From: a virus
IMG/VR virus record: IMGVR_UViG_3300023184_000029
Span: 64,001-128,000 of that record
Length of the DNA: 64,000 bases
Reading direction: 5' to 3' (one strand)
Position numbers and translations under genes: made by a program. Under the pieces are notes generated by a model. That model had not been told where the DNA came from. It ran no database searches and saw only the letters and a list, made by a program, of their open reading frames with translations. Positions 33,083 through 43,576 of the stretch are shown here, in pieces; position 1 is the stretch's first letter; each line of letters opens with the position of its first letter.

Positions 33083-33303
33083 TATAGATTTTCTCCATTA
33101 GCTTCAAATGTTTTAATTTTGGAAGGACGACCACGAGGCTTCTTTAAACTTAATTTTCTTCTTTGACGACGAACCATAGCTGTTGTTATAGTTTGTCCTG
33201 TCATCTCACTTAACTTAGATGCTAAAACCTCATCACAAATTAGATTATGATTTTTACCAATAAAGTCGGTTTCTGCACTAGTCCACTTCTTATAATTAGC
33301 CAT
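33082..33303 (-). CDS. Small putative DNA-binding protein (Myb/HTH-like with an AT-hook-like KPRGRPSK)
   Basis: YKKWTSAETDFI...; GGAG RBS. Confidence 0.65.
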   Translation of the reverse strand: MANYKKWTSAETDFIGKNHNLICDEVLASKLSEMTGQTITTAMVRRQRRKLSLKKPRGRPSKIKTFEANGENL

Positions 33304-33392
33304 AATTCCTCCAGTATATAAATTTATATTGACTAAAAAGCCATCAACACTACTATATTAGTGTATTGATAAGTTTTGCGCAAGGAGATCTT

Positions 33393-33539
33393 ATGAAAAA
33401 CGATGAATTTAATTTAATAGACTCCGTTTTAATCGTCAAAGCATCAGGATCTTTATCTGAAGATATTCAGGAAGAATTAAAATTACCAGAAGGAAAAACT
33501 ATAGCCAGTTTAATAAATGAGCAAGAAGAAAAAGAATAA
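33393..33539 (+). CDS. Small acidic protein (48 aa, not in the ORF track)
   Basis: AAGGAG RBS; MKNDEFNLIDSV... Confidence 0.55.
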   Translation: MKNDEFNLIDSVLIVKASGSLSEDIQEELKLPEGKTIASLINEQEEKE

Positions 33540-34179
33540 AGATATTTTACCAAATGGTGTTACTGAAGATGAATTTTTAATAGTATTGGATAATATTAGC
33601 AAAAGATTGGGTTATAAATTTCGTTTCGGATACCATGATTTTGATGATATGAAACAACAAGCCGCCATATTTGCTATGGAAGGTTTGCAAAAATATGATC
33701 GTAGTCGCCCCTTGGAAAACTTTTTATGGACCCATGTGAGAAATAGACTATTTAATTTCAAAAGAAATAACTATCAAAGGCCCGACAAACCTTGCATAAC
33801 ATGTCCACTATTTGATAAAAATTATGCTTGTTCTACCAATCAATGTTCAAAATATTTAAACAAAGATGATTGTGCTCCTTATGCAGCATGGGCCAATAGA
33901 AACGAAGCTAAAAAGAATATTATGCAACCGTCCCATATTGATCAAGACTTATCCATTCCTAATTTACAAATATCTGATTCTACCAATTTTATTCAAAATA
34001 AAGAAATTATATCTTTTTTAGATGAAAATATTCAGTCAGAATTTAGAGAATCATATTTAAAACTAAAACATGGAACCAATATTCCAAAACAACAACTAAT
34101 AAAACTACAAAAACATATTGCGCAATTAATGGAGAATAAAAAATGGGAAATTCAGCCCCCAAAAAAAGAGGACAATTAA
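33517..34179 (+). CDS. Phage sigma70-family factor (region 2-like)
   Basis: DDMKQQAAIFAMEGLQKYDRSRPLENFLWTHVRNRLFNFKR. Confidence 0.75.
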   Translation: MSKKKKNKDILPNGVTEDEFLIVLDNISKRLGYKFRFGYHDFDDMKQQAAIFAMEGLQKYDRSRPLENFLWTHVRNRLFNFKRNNYQRPDKPCITCPLFDKNYACSTNQCSKYLNKDDCAPYAAWANRNEAKKNIMQPSHIDQDLSIPNLQISDSTNFIQNKEIISFLDENIQSEFRESYLKLKHGTNIPKQQLIKLQKHIAQLMENKKWEIQPPKKEDN

Positions 34180-34976
34180 GCTTAGATGAAGAACAATATA
34201 TAAGGGAAAATTTTGGTTCGCTATCAGTAGAACAAATAGCTTCATCACTAAATAGAAGTACCGCCCCTGTTCAAAGATATATTACAGAAAATAAACTATT
34301 AATATCAGATAGTGATAAAAGCACCCAAGAATTTTTAAAACAAAAATTACACAGCAAAACATTTTGGCCCGAAATAACCAGACAGTTTGATGATGATAAC
34401 GGAGAAAGAGCATATTTTGAAGATACCTGGATTGGACTTATTAAACAGTTTCGTGAAGACGTTTTACCAGCAGAAGAACTTCAAATCAAACAATTTATCA
34501 CTATTGATATTCTTATTAATCGAAGTATGAAAGAAAGAAAAAGACATATTGCTGAAACTGATAAATTACAAAAACTAGTAGACAAAGAATATGAAAAAGC
34601 AGAAACTGACAGAGACATTCCCAAACTTGCTAATATGGAAACTCAATTAAGTTTTGCACGAAATAGTATTGCCAACTATACTAATGAATATACTAAACTA
34701 TTAAATGAGCAGCAGAAGATTAGTAAAGATTTAAAAGCTACCAGAGAGCAAAGAATCAAAAGAATAGAGGACGGAAAAAGTAGCTGGACAGGCTTAATAC
34801 GAATGTTAGAAGACGAAACTATCAGAGAAAAAGAAGGACGAGAAATGGAGATTTTGTCATTAGCTACTGAAAAAAGTAAAAGCAAACTACAAGAATACCA
34901 TACCTATGAAGATAATTTAATAGATAAACCATTTTTAACTCCAGAGTCTGTATTGTTAGAGGAAAATAATGAGTAA
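34143..34976 (+). CDS. Hypothetical protein with N-terminal HTH and coiled coil (possible small terminase)
   Basis: LSLDEEQYIRENF..LSVEQIASSLNRS; located upstream of the packaging genes. Confidence 0.55.
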   Translation: MGNSAPKKRGQLSLDEEQYIRENFGSLSVEQIASSLNRSTAPVQRYITENKLLISDSDKSTQEFLKQKLHSKTFWPEITRQFDDDNGERAYFEDTWIGLIKQFREDVLPAEELQIKQFITIDILINRSMKERKRHIAETDKLQKLVDKEYEKAETDRDIPKLANMETQLSFARNSIANYTNEYTKLLNEQQKISKDLKATREQRIKRIEDGKSSWTGLIRMLEDETIREKEGREMEILSLATEKSKSKLQEYHTYEDNLIDKPFLTPESVLLEENNE

Positions 34977-35970
34977 AAAAGCTATAATAACAGGAGTCAC
35001 AGGACAAGACGGTTCATATCTGGCCGATCTACTATTAGAAAAAGACTATATAGTAGTAGGCTTACATCGACGATGTAGTTCTAATAATTTTAGTCGTATT
35101 AATCATCTAATAGATAAACCAAATTTTATTTTAGAAGAATTTGATATTACAGATCCTAGTGGATGCTCAAGAGTTATAGACCAGCACAAACCTGATGAAG
35201 TTTACAATCTTGCTGCACAAAGCCATGTTGGTACCAGTTTTAGTCAGCCCCTAACAACTTTTAGTATCAACACTTTGGGAGTTACCAATCTACTAGAAGC
35301 TATAAGATTATTATCTCCATCAACTAAATTTTATCAGGCCAGCACCAGCGAAATGTTTGGGAGAAATTATTCAGTAAATGAAAATCATACCAAGTTCCAA
35401 AATGAATTAACGGCTATGCTACCTCAAAGTCCATATGGAGCATCTAAGCTAGCTTCTCATCATATGGTTTATATTTATAGAACATCTTATAGTTTATATG
35501 CTTGTTCGGGTATACTCTTTAATCATGAAAGTCCTCGTCGTGGCGAAAACTTTGTTACTAGAAAAATTACCAAGTATATCGGTCAATTAGTAAATAACAA
35601 AATTGATAAAAACGAAAAATTAAAACTAGGAAATATTAGAGCCAAAAGAGACTGGGGCCATGCGAAAGACTATGTTTATGGTATGTATTTAATGTTGCAA
35701 AAACAAGAACCGGATGATTATATATTATCAACAGGTCACACATATTCTGTGGAAGAATTTTTAAATAAAGCTTTTAGTTTAGTCAACTTAAATTATTTAG
35801 ACCATATAGCTATTGATCCTGCTTTTTATCGTCCTTGTGAAGTAGACTATCTTAAAGGAGATTCTTCTAAAGCAAAAAATAAACTTAATTGGCAACCATT
35901 AATTTCTTTTGATGCTCTAGTAGAAGATATGGTTAGTAGTGATATAAGAGTATATAAAAATGCGTCGTAA
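34969..35970 (+). CDS. gmd: GDP-mannose 4,6-dehydratase
   Basis: ITGVTGQDGSYLA, YNLAAQSHV, QASTSEMFG, PQSPYGASK, FNHESPRRGENFVTRKI and RDWGHAKDYV. Confidence 0.96.
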   Translation: MSKKAIITGVTGQDGSYLADLLLEKDYIVVGLHRRCSSNNFSRINHLIDKPNFILEEFDITDPSGCSRVIDQHKPDEVYNLAAQSHVGTSFSQPLTTFSINTLGVTNLLEAIRLLSPSTKFYQASTSEMFGRNYSVNENHTKFQNELTAMLPQSPYGASKLASHHMVYIYRTSYSLYACSGILFNHESPRRGENFVTRKITKYIGQLVNNKIDKNEKLKLGNIRAKRDWGHAKDYVYGMYLMLQKQEPDDYILSTGHTYSVEEFLNKAFSLVNLNYLDHIAIDPAFYRPCEVDYLKGDSSKAKNKLNWQPLISFDALVEDMVSSDIRVYKNAS

Positions 35971-36226
35971 TTTTGATGATCCCCAATATAAGAAGTGGCG
36001 TAAACAAGTTTATACTAGAGATAAATTTCAGTGTAGATGGCCTAATTGTAATAGTAAAAAAAGATTAAATGCTCATCATATAAAAACTTGGGCCGGTTTT
36101 CCAGGATTAAGATTTGATCCAAATAATGGTATAACCTTGTGTAAAGCTCATCATGACCTTATTAAAGGTATGGAAGAAGAATATAGTTTTTCATTTTTAA
36201 TGATATTGTTAAAGGATAAAAAATGA
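35960..36226 (+). CDS. Small HNH endonuclease (packaging-associated type)
   Basis: CRWPNC...LNAHHIK...NGITLCKAHH. Confidence 0.85.
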   Translation: MRRNFDDPQYKKWRKQVYTRDKFQCRWPNCNSKKRLNAHHIKTWAGFPGLRFDPNNGITLCKAHHDLIKGMEEEYSFSFLMILLKDKK

Positions 36227-36813
36227 TCACTTTTGATCCCCCAATCACTATAAAGCAGCCCCCATATACCAACCCCACAACAAATAAGGTTATAACTCCA
36301 GAACCCAAAGTTCTAACCTCATTAGATTTGGTTTATATTGATAATCCTCAACGAAAAACTCTATTAGCAAACTCAGAGTCTTTACCCCTAAATTTTCTAA
36401 TTTTTTCTGCACAATCCTATGATGATGCTGGAGACTGGACCCAAGAACAGGCAGAAGCTATAGTTAAAATTCAGATGGGTAAAGATCCCCAGACTTATCT
36501 TCAAAACAAGTTTCCGGTCACTATGGAGCAACATCCTAACGGACCAGGATCTGTTTTATCGGGCATGTTAAAAACTCTTGGTATTAATCCTACTCCTAAT
36601 TGCTCTTGTAGGCAAAATGCTATTAATATGAATATTAAAGGACCAGATTGGTGTGAACAAAATATGGATACTATTATTGGTTGGCTCAAAGACGAATCAA
36701 CAAAAAGAAATCTGCCTTTTATAGATATGGTAGCTAGAGCTATGGTAAAAAAAGCTATCAAAACTTCCAGAAGATTACTAGCCAAAGAAAGTGTGGTTAA
36801 TGTCGAAACATGA
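36223..36813 (+). CDS. Hypothetical protein
   Basis: 196 aa; CSC...GPDWC motif. Confidence 0.7.
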   Translation: MITFDPPITIKQPPYTNPTTNKVITPEPKVLTSLDLVYIDNPQRKTLLANSESLPLNFLIFSAQSYDDAGDWTQEQAEAIVKIQMGKDPQTYLQNKFPVTMEQHPNGPGSVLSGMLKTLGINPTPNCSCRQNAINMNIKGPDWCEQNMDTIIGWLKDESTKRNLPFIDMVARAMVKKAIKTSRRLLAKESVVNVET

Positions 36814-37279
36814 TGACTTTACTATCATTGTTGATACAAGAGAACAACAACCATGGACATTTACGGAATATTCTGTTGCTAATAAAAAGCTAGATACTGG
36901 AGACTATAGCATAGAGGGCTTGGAGAATTTATTAGGCATTGAAAGAAAAAAAAGTATCAGCGAATTTGCTAATAATATTGTTGAAAGTAGATTCAAAGAT
37001 GTAATATTAAGAATGAGCCAGCTTAAATATTCATTTTTATTATTAGAGTTTGATTTAGAAGACATATTAATCTATCCTCGTGGCTCAACAGTGCCTAAAA
37101 GAATGTGGGATAAAATTAAAATATCTCCAGCATTTATTATCAAACACATTTTGGAATTACAAATTAATCATAATATTAAAATTGTTTTTTGTGGTAATGC
37201 AATTAATGCTCAAAAAATAGCAGAGCATATTCTTAAAAAGGTGAACTACATTGAGCGATTTACAAAAAAAGATATTTGA
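36800..37279 (+). CDS. ERCC4/XPF-like nuclease domain protein
   Basis: IIVDTREQ, LDTGDYSI and IERKKS motifs. Confidence 0.88.
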   Translation: MSKHDDFTIIVDTREQQPWTFTEYSVANKKLDTGDYSIEGLENLLGIERKKSISEFANNIVESRFKDVILRMSQLKYSFLLLEFDLEDILIYPRGSTVPKRMWDKIKISPAFIIKHILELQINHNIKIVFCGNAINAQKIAEHILKKVNYIERFTKKDI

Positions 37280-39284
37280 TAATGCTTGGCTAGGTCTTGG
37301 AGACCTTAATTCATTAGCAATACCTAATAATCTAATGATTAATAGATCTGAACAGGATATAGCATACCCTGATGTTCATCTATTAAAGATTATGAGAGAT
37401 ACAAAATACATAGGAAGTACAGTTAAGCTTCTTTTCGATATAGAATTACATCCTATCCAGATAGCAATATTGCAAGAGTTTTGGCATAGATCTTTTCCTA
37501 TGTTCGTAGCTAGCCGTGGTTTTGGTAAGTCTTTCCTGATGGCTTTATATTGTGTTCTTAAATGCACTTTCGTACCCGGTACAAAAATAGTAGTAGTTGG
37601 TGCAGCTTTTAGACAGAGTAAAATTATATTTGAATATATGGAAACAATATGGAGAAATAGCCCTATTTTACGGAGTATTTTTAATAGCAATGATGATGGA
37701 CCTCGAAGAGATGTTGATAGATGTACTATAAGACTCGGAGATAGTTGGACGATTGCTATTCCTTTGGGAGATGGATCAAAAATTAGAGGATTAAGAGCGC
37801 ACATTATTATTGCTGATGAGTTTGCTTCTATTAGTCCGGATATTTATGAAACAGTAGTATCCGGATTCGCTGCTGTATCTGCTAGTCCTATTCAGAATGT
37901 TAAAGATCAGGCAAAAAAACAAGCGATGATAGATGCCGGAATATGGAATGATGAATTAGAATCTTTAAATATTAAAATGAGCAATCAGGCTATTATTTCT
38001 GGCACAGCTGATTACTCTTTTAAACACTTTGCCAATTATTGGAAAAGATACAAAGGTATTATAGAAAGTAAAGGAGACGAGCAGAAACTAAAAGATATTT
38101 TTAAAGGAGAAATTCCGGATAATTTTAATTGGAAAGACTATTCTATAATTCGTGTTCCTTATGAATTAATACCAAAAGGATTCATGGATGACAAACAAGT
38201 ATCTAGAGCTAAAGCTACTATACATACTGGAATATATAATATGGAGTATGCTGCTTGTTTTATTTCTGATAGTGAGGGATTTTTTAGACGAAGCTTGATA
38301 GAAAGCTGTGTTGTTTCGGATACTAATCCTATTCTGATAGATAATAAAACCATTCTTTTTGAAGCTTCGACTAAAGGAAATACTAATTGCTCGTATGTAT
38401 ACGGAGTAGACCCTGCCTCAGAACAGGACAATTTTAGTATTACTATTATAGAAGTTCACCCAAATCATAATAGATTAGTATACTGCTGGACAACAAATAG
38501 AAATAATTTTAAAGAAAGACTTAAAAAAGGATTGGCACAAGACCATGATTTTTATGGATTTTGCTGTCGTAAAATTCGTAATCTTATGAAAACTTTTCCT
38601 TGTACCAGACTAGGCATAGATGCTCAAGGAGGAGGTGTTGCAATAGAGGAGGCTCTACACGACCCGGCCAAGCTTGAAGATGGTGAGCATTTAATATGGC
38701 CAGTTATAGAAGACTCATCCACTAAAGACACAGATTCTCAACCAGGATTACATATTATAGAACTAGTACAATTTGCTAAAGCAGACTGGACCGCACAAGC
38801 TAATCACGGTTTAAGAAAAGACTTAGAAGATAAAGTATTATTGTTTCCTAGGTTCGATAATTTAACTTTAGGATTAACAATGCAAAAAGACGGTAAAGAT
38901 ATTATAGAAGATGAAATGAATCCTATTTATGATAATTTAAGCGAGTGTTTGTTGGAAATAGAAGAATTAAAAAATGAATTGACCACAATTGTTATGACAC
39001 AAACAAGTACTGGTCCTAATGCTAGAGATCGATGGGATACTCCTGAAATTAAATTACCTAATGGTAGAAAAGGAAGATTGAGAAAAGACCGCTATAGTTC
39101 ATTAGTAATAGCAAATATGCTGGCTAGACAAATGAATAGAAGTTTAAAAAATATAGAATATGAGATTATAGGAGATAATGCCCGAAATTCTAATATAAAA
39201 GCAGACGGAAATATGTATAGAGGACCAGAATGGTTCACCAACAATGCTAATTCTGACATTTATTTAGGACTATATAAAGAATAA
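37251..39284 (+). CDS. Terminase large subunit
   Basis: Walker A ASRGFGKS, Walker B IIADEFA, nuclease YGVDPA; upstream of the portal. Confidence 0.9.
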   Translation: MSDLQKKIFDNAWLGLGDLNSLAIPNNLMINRSEQDIAYPDVHLLKIMRDTKYIGSTVKLLFDIELHPIQIAILQEFWHRSFPMFVASRGFGKSFLMALYCVLKCTFVPGTKIVVVGAAFRQSKIIFEYMETIWRNSPILRSIFNSNDDGPRRDVDRCTIRLGDSWTIAIPLGDGSKIRGLRAHIIIADEFASISPDIYETVVSGFAAVSASPIQNVKDQAKKQAMIDAGIWNDELESLNIKMSNQAIISGTADYSFKHFANYWKRYKGIIESKGDEQKLKDIFKGEIPDNFNWKDYSIIRVPYELIPKGFMDDKQVSRAKATIHTGIYNMEYAACFISDSEGFFRRSLIESCVVSDTNPILIDNKTILFEASTKGNTNCSYVYGVDPASEQDNFSITIIEVHPNHNRLVYCWTTNRNNFKERLKKGLAQDHDFYGFCCRKIRNLMKTFPCTRLGIDAQGGGVAIEEALHDPAKLEDGEHLIWPVIEDSSTKDTDSQPGLHIIELVQFAKADWTAQANHGLRKDLEDKVLLFPRFDNLTLGLTMQKDGKDIIEDEMNPIYDNLSECLLEIEELKNELTTIVMTQTSTGPNARDRWDTPEIKLPNGRKGRLRKDRYSSLVIANMLARQMNRSLKNIEYEIIGDNARNSNIKADGNMYRGPEWFTNNANSDIYLGLYKE

Positions 39285-39348
39285 AGTGTGTATATTACAG
39301 TATTCTCGATTCAAATATAATCTAATCACAATACAATTATAAATAATT

Positions 39349-41556
39349 ATGGCTAATAAAAAAAATTCTAAACAAAATGCTATTAATAATGCGGCCATTC
39401 CCCAATCAGATGCTTATGTTACATGGGGAGAGGATTTAGCCAGTAAACAAGAAGCTTTTAAAAAATCTGGAGAATCTTTAGAAGAATTTGTTGGTTTAGC
39501 ATCATCTTCAGAAAAAGCAGTAAGTATGAGAAGATACGGATTAGACTATTCTAATTTAGATGGTCTTACTGGTAGCAGACCCGGATTTACCAAATCTGAC
39601 TATGATTATTTTAGACCAGATGAAGCGGTTCCACAAAGAGTAAAAGAAATTCTAAAAAGAGCTGACGATATTTATCAAAGAGTTGGTTTAGTCAAAAATG
39701 TGGTTGATCTTATGGGAGATTTTGCTACTCAAGGAATCAGAATAGTTCATAAGAACAAAAGAACAGAAAGATTTTATCGTCGCTGGTTTAAAAAAATAGA
39801 AGGAAAAGATAGATCTGAAAGACTAATAAATAATTTATACAGATCTGGTAATGTTGTTATAGATAGAAGAACAGCAAAATTAACTTTAAAATCTGGAGTA
39901 CAACTATATCAAAGTCTAGGTACTGCTGATACTATCGTTAGCGATATTGATCAGAACTCTCCCTCTGTTGAGAAAAGAGAAATTCCTTGGAAATATACTT
40001 TTATAGATCCTGTATTTGTTGATGTTGCTGGAGGGTCTTTATCGTCATTTTCTAATAAGAAAAATTATGTCTTACAACTACCGGCGTCTTTGAGTAAGGC
40101 TATAAATACTCCTAAAACACCAGAAGAAAAATTAGTTGTAGAATCATTACCTCAGCAAATTATAGACGCGGCAAAAACTAAAAAACCATTTCCTTTGGAT
40201 CCTGATAAAACTATAGTTTGCCACTATAAAAAAGACGATTGGCAGTCTTGGGCTTTTCCTATGATATATTCCATTATGGACGATATAACTATTGTAGAAA
40301 AACTTAAATTAGCAGATATGGCGGCTCTTGACGGAGCTATTTCTAATATTAGGATTTTTAAATTAGGTAATCTAGAACATAGAATTATTCCTACTAAAGC
40401 AGCAACATCTAAATTAGCACAAATACTAGGAAATAATGTTGGTGGTGGTACTATGGATATTATTTGGGGTCCAGATATAGAAATGTTAGAGTCTAAGACC
40501 ACTGTTCATCAATTTTTAGGAGAAGCCAAATATATACCTCATATGAATAATGTTTATGCTGGCTTAGGTATTCCTCCCACATTAACAGGAACTTTTGCTT
40601 CCGGTGGTACAACGAATAATTTTATTTCATTAAAAACATTAACACAAAGATTACAATATGGTAGAGAAGTATTAACAAAATTTTGGGAAAATGAAATTAT
40701 GTTAGTACAAAAAGCAATGGGTTTTAAGTATCCAGCTAAGATAGAATTTGATAGAATGGATTTATCTAACGAAGATTCAGAAAAAGCACTACTAATACAA
40801 CTAGCTGATAGAAATCTTATATCCGACGAATTATTACAAACTAAATTTGGCATGGATCCTGATATGGAGAAGAGTAGACTTAATAGAGAAAACAGAGAAA
40901 GAGATAGCGAGAGAATGGTTCAAAAAGCCGGTCCTTGGTTCGATCCTACTCCAGAAAATAGTCTTAAAAAGATTGCTTTACAGACAGGGGTAGTGGCTCC
41001 TAGTCAGGTAGGTCTTGAATTAGAGAAAAAGAAATCTGGTGAACAAAGCGCTCTTCAAATGAAAGTACCAAGTTCACCAACCAAGTTGGCAAACGATTCT
41101 CCTGAATCGTTGCCTGGGCAACCAGGACAGGGAAGACCAAAAACTAGCAAAGATCAAGAAAAGCGAAAAACTAAAGTTTTCAAACCTCAAACAGGCGCAG
41201 GTTTAATGATTTGGGCGAATAAAGCTCAAGATAAAGTTAGCGAGATACTTAATCCTATTTTATTAGAATTTTATAATAAGAAAAATTTAAGAAGTCTTTC
41301 TTCAGTAGAATCCCAAGAGATAGAAAATATAAAAACAAAAGTATTATTTGGACTAGATCCATTTTCAAAAGTTGGTCAAGACACGATCTTTGAATCTTTT
41401 GCAAAGATAGACTCTGAGAACCAAACACACCTAGTAGTTGCTTATAAATTATGGCTAAAAAACATAGAAAATGATTTAAACTATAGCTTAACTGTGGATG
41501 AACAAAAACAAGCTAAAGCATCATTTTACTCTACGGTGTATATTAGCAACGCATAA
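39349..41556 (+). CDS. Portal protein
   Basis: 735 aa after the terminase; GLGIPP motif; synteny. Confidence 0.8.
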   Translation: MANKKNSKQNAINNAAIPQSDAYVTWGEDLASKQEAFKKSGESLEEFVGLASSSEKAVSMRRYGLDYSNLDGLTGSRPGFTKSDYDYFRPDEAVPQRVKEILKRADDIYQRVGLVKNVVDLMGDFATQGIRIVHKNKRTERFYRRWFKKIEGKDRSERLINNLYRSGNVVIDRRTAKLTLKSGVQLYQSLGTADTIVSDIDQNSPSVEKREIPWKYTFIDPVFVDVAGGSLSSFSNKKNYVLQLPASLSKAINTPKTPEEKLVVESLPQQIIDAAKTKKPFPLDPDKTIVCHYKKDDWQSWAFPMIYSIMDDITIVEKLKLADMAALDGAISNIRIFKLGNLEHRIIPTKAATSKLAQILGNNVGGGTMDIIWGPDIEMLESKTTVHQFLGEAKYIPHMNNVYAGLGIPPTLTGTFASGGTTNNFISLKTLTQRLQYGREVLTKFWENEIMLVQKAMGFKYPAKIEFDRMDLSNEDSEKALLIQLADRNLISDELLQTKFGMDPDMEKSRLNRENRERDSERMVQKAGPWFDPTPENSLKKIALQTGVVAPSQVGLELEKKKSGEQSALQMKVPSSPTKLANDSPESLPGQPGQGRPKTSKDQEKRKTKVFKPQTGAGLMIWANKAQDKVSEILNPILLEFYNKKNLRSLSSVESQEIENIKTKVLFGLDPFSKVGQDTIFESFAKIDSENQTHLVVAYKLWLKNIENDLNYSLTVDEQKQAKASFYSTVYISNA

Positions 41557-41580
41557 ACATCATCAAATAAGGTATAAATA

Positions 41581-43083
41581 ATGAAAATTTTTCAGCAAGA
41601 AATTTCGGATGGTCTTGAGCATAAACTCCAAACATCTGCATCAATTTGTTATGCTTCTGCTGTTTCTCCTTCTTCTATAATAGATAAAAAACATATTAAA
41701 AATATGAATAAAAGTTTAGCATCTATTAATGATGGCGATTTATACTATTTACAATCTATTTTAGTTACTACATCATGGAATAAAAATGATGATATTTTTG
41801 ATAAAGAAGAGGTCTGGGCGGCTAGAAATAGCCCAGAGGACAAACCAACAAATCTAGAACATGACGAGAGTACCATTATCGGTCATATTACATCAAATTG
41901 GCCAATAACAGAAAATGGAGAGCTTATCAGTGAGGAAACCCCAGCGTCAGAACTACCTGCAAAATATCATATTTTAACAGGATCCGTTATCTATAAAGGG
42001 TTTTCTATACCAGAACTACAAGAAAGAACGCATAAACTAATATCAGAAATAGAAGAAGGTACTAAATACGTTAGTATGGAGTGTTTATTTACTGGTTTTG
42101 ATTATGGATTAGTTAATAAAAGTACTGGAGAGTATAAAGTTTTAGCTAGAAATGAAGAAACAGCATTTTTAACAAAATACCTTAGAGCATATGGTGGAGT
42201 AGGAGAACATCAAGACTATAAAATTGGTAGAGTTCTAAGAAATATTAATTTTTCTGGTAAAGGATTTGTTGACAAACCAGCTAATCCAGATAGTATAATT
42301 TTATCTAATAATCTTGTAACTAAAGCTAATGAAAATTTTTCTAACGAAAAAAATACAGTTTTACAAGATATGGGTGTATCAAATAAAGTGTCCAACCTTA
42401 ATGCGGAGAACATTACTATGAATTCAGAAGATACTACAGCAACAGTACAAGCATCAGATTGTTCAGAAGCTCACGCTCAAATTGTAGAACTACAGAACAA
42501 GGTTGTTGCTCTAGAAGCTGAAGTTAATACCAAAACAGAATCAGCAAATACAACATTTGCCAGTCTCGAAGATCTCAAAAAGCAAAACGAAGATCTTATT
42601 CAGGCCAATGAAAAATTAGGTCAAGATCTTGCAGGTGCCTCAGAAATTATAGCAGCATATAAGAACCAAGAAGAAGAAATGGCTAAGAAAGCAAAGAAAA
42701 TGAAGAGAGTTGCTGCTTTAGTTGATCTCGGTATCGATTCCGAGACAGCAACATCAACAGCTGATAAGTTTGAGTCATTAGATGACGAAACTTTTGCCAC
42801 TATGACATCTGTTTTTGCTAAAACTCTTCCTCCTTTCCTTAAGAAAAAAGAAGAAGAAGACAAAAAAGAAGATAAAGAAGAAAAGAAGACTGCTTCAAAA
42901 GATCAAGAAGATGCTGATTCAGACAAAAGCACGAAATCCTCAGTAGATATTGAAGCTCTCGACACTGTTGAAGTTGAAGATAGCGTTAGTCTCAGTATTG
43001 GTGGTCAGGTTGAATCAGCCGTTGAAACAACACGCGCCGCCTTGGTTGAATTTATTTCTAGTAGACTCGGTAAAAAACTCTAA
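41581..43083 (+). CDS. Prohead protease/scaffold protein
   Basis: NLEHD, VSMEC and GFVDKPANP protease-like motifs; coiled-coil/acidic C-terminus. Confidence 0.8.
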   Translation: MKIFQQEISDGLEHKLQTSASICYASAVSPSSIIDKKHIKNMNKSLASINDGDLYYLQSILVTTSWNKNDDIFDKEEVWAARNSPEDKPTNLEHDESTIIGHITSNWPITENGELISEETPASELPAKYHILTGSVIYKGFSIPELQERTHKLISEIEEGTKYVSMECLFTGFDYGLVNKSTGEYKVLARNEETAFLTKYLRAYGGVGEHQDYKIGRVLRNINFSGKGFVDKPANPDSIILSNNLVTKANENFSNEKNTVLQDMGVSNKVSNLNAENITMNSEDTTATVQASDCSEAHAQIVELQNKVVALEAEVNTKTESANTTFASLEDLKKQNEDLIQANEKLGQDLAGASEIIAAYKNQEEEMAKKAKKMKRVAALVDLGIDSETATSTADKFESLDDETFATMTSVFAKTLPPFLKKKEEEDKKEDKEEKKTASKDQEDADSDKSTKSSVDIEALDTVEVEDSVSLSIGGQVESAVETTRAALVEFISSRLGKKL

Positions 43084-43103
43084 AATTAATAGGGAGAAAT
43101 CAA

Positions 43104-43562
43104 ATGGCTCTTAAACCACATCGTGTTGAATCATACACAGACGTATCGAATTTCATTAACACTGCATCAGAAAGAGGCGGTATTGTAGTACACGTTTCTT
43201 CTGGTAGCGGCGTAGCCCTAGATGATGCTCTAAGTCTAGTAGCATATCCTACTGGCACTCCTAGTGGCACAAAACCAGCAGGCTTGCTACTAAATGATGT
43301 TGTTAGTTATGATCTAACTAGACAGCATCTTAACTGGTACAGAGACGAGGTTCCAGTTGGTGGTAAAGCTACAGTCTTGCGTCAAGGTCAAGTCACAACT
43401 AACCTTGTTGCCAATGGTGTTACTCCAACCGCTGGGGCTGACGCTTACTATGATGGCAGTGGTTATTTAACAACCACAAGCACTAATAGTGTTAAGGTCG
43501 GTAGATTCCTTAGTGTCCTTGATGCAGACGGTTACGTTAAAGTAGATATCAACATTACCTGA
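43104..43562 (+). CDS. Capsid decoration / head protein
   Basis: Beta-rich 152 aa protein between scaffold and capsid. Confidence 0.65.
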   Translation: MALKPHRVESYTDVSNFINTASERGGIVVHVSSGSGVALDDALSLVAYPTGTPSGTKPAGLLLNDVVSYDLTRQHLNWYRDEVPVGGKATVLRQGQVTTNLVANGVTPTAGADAYYDGSGYLTTTSTNSVKVGRFLSVLDADGYVKVDINIT

Positions 43563-43576
43563 TAAGGGAGAAAGCA

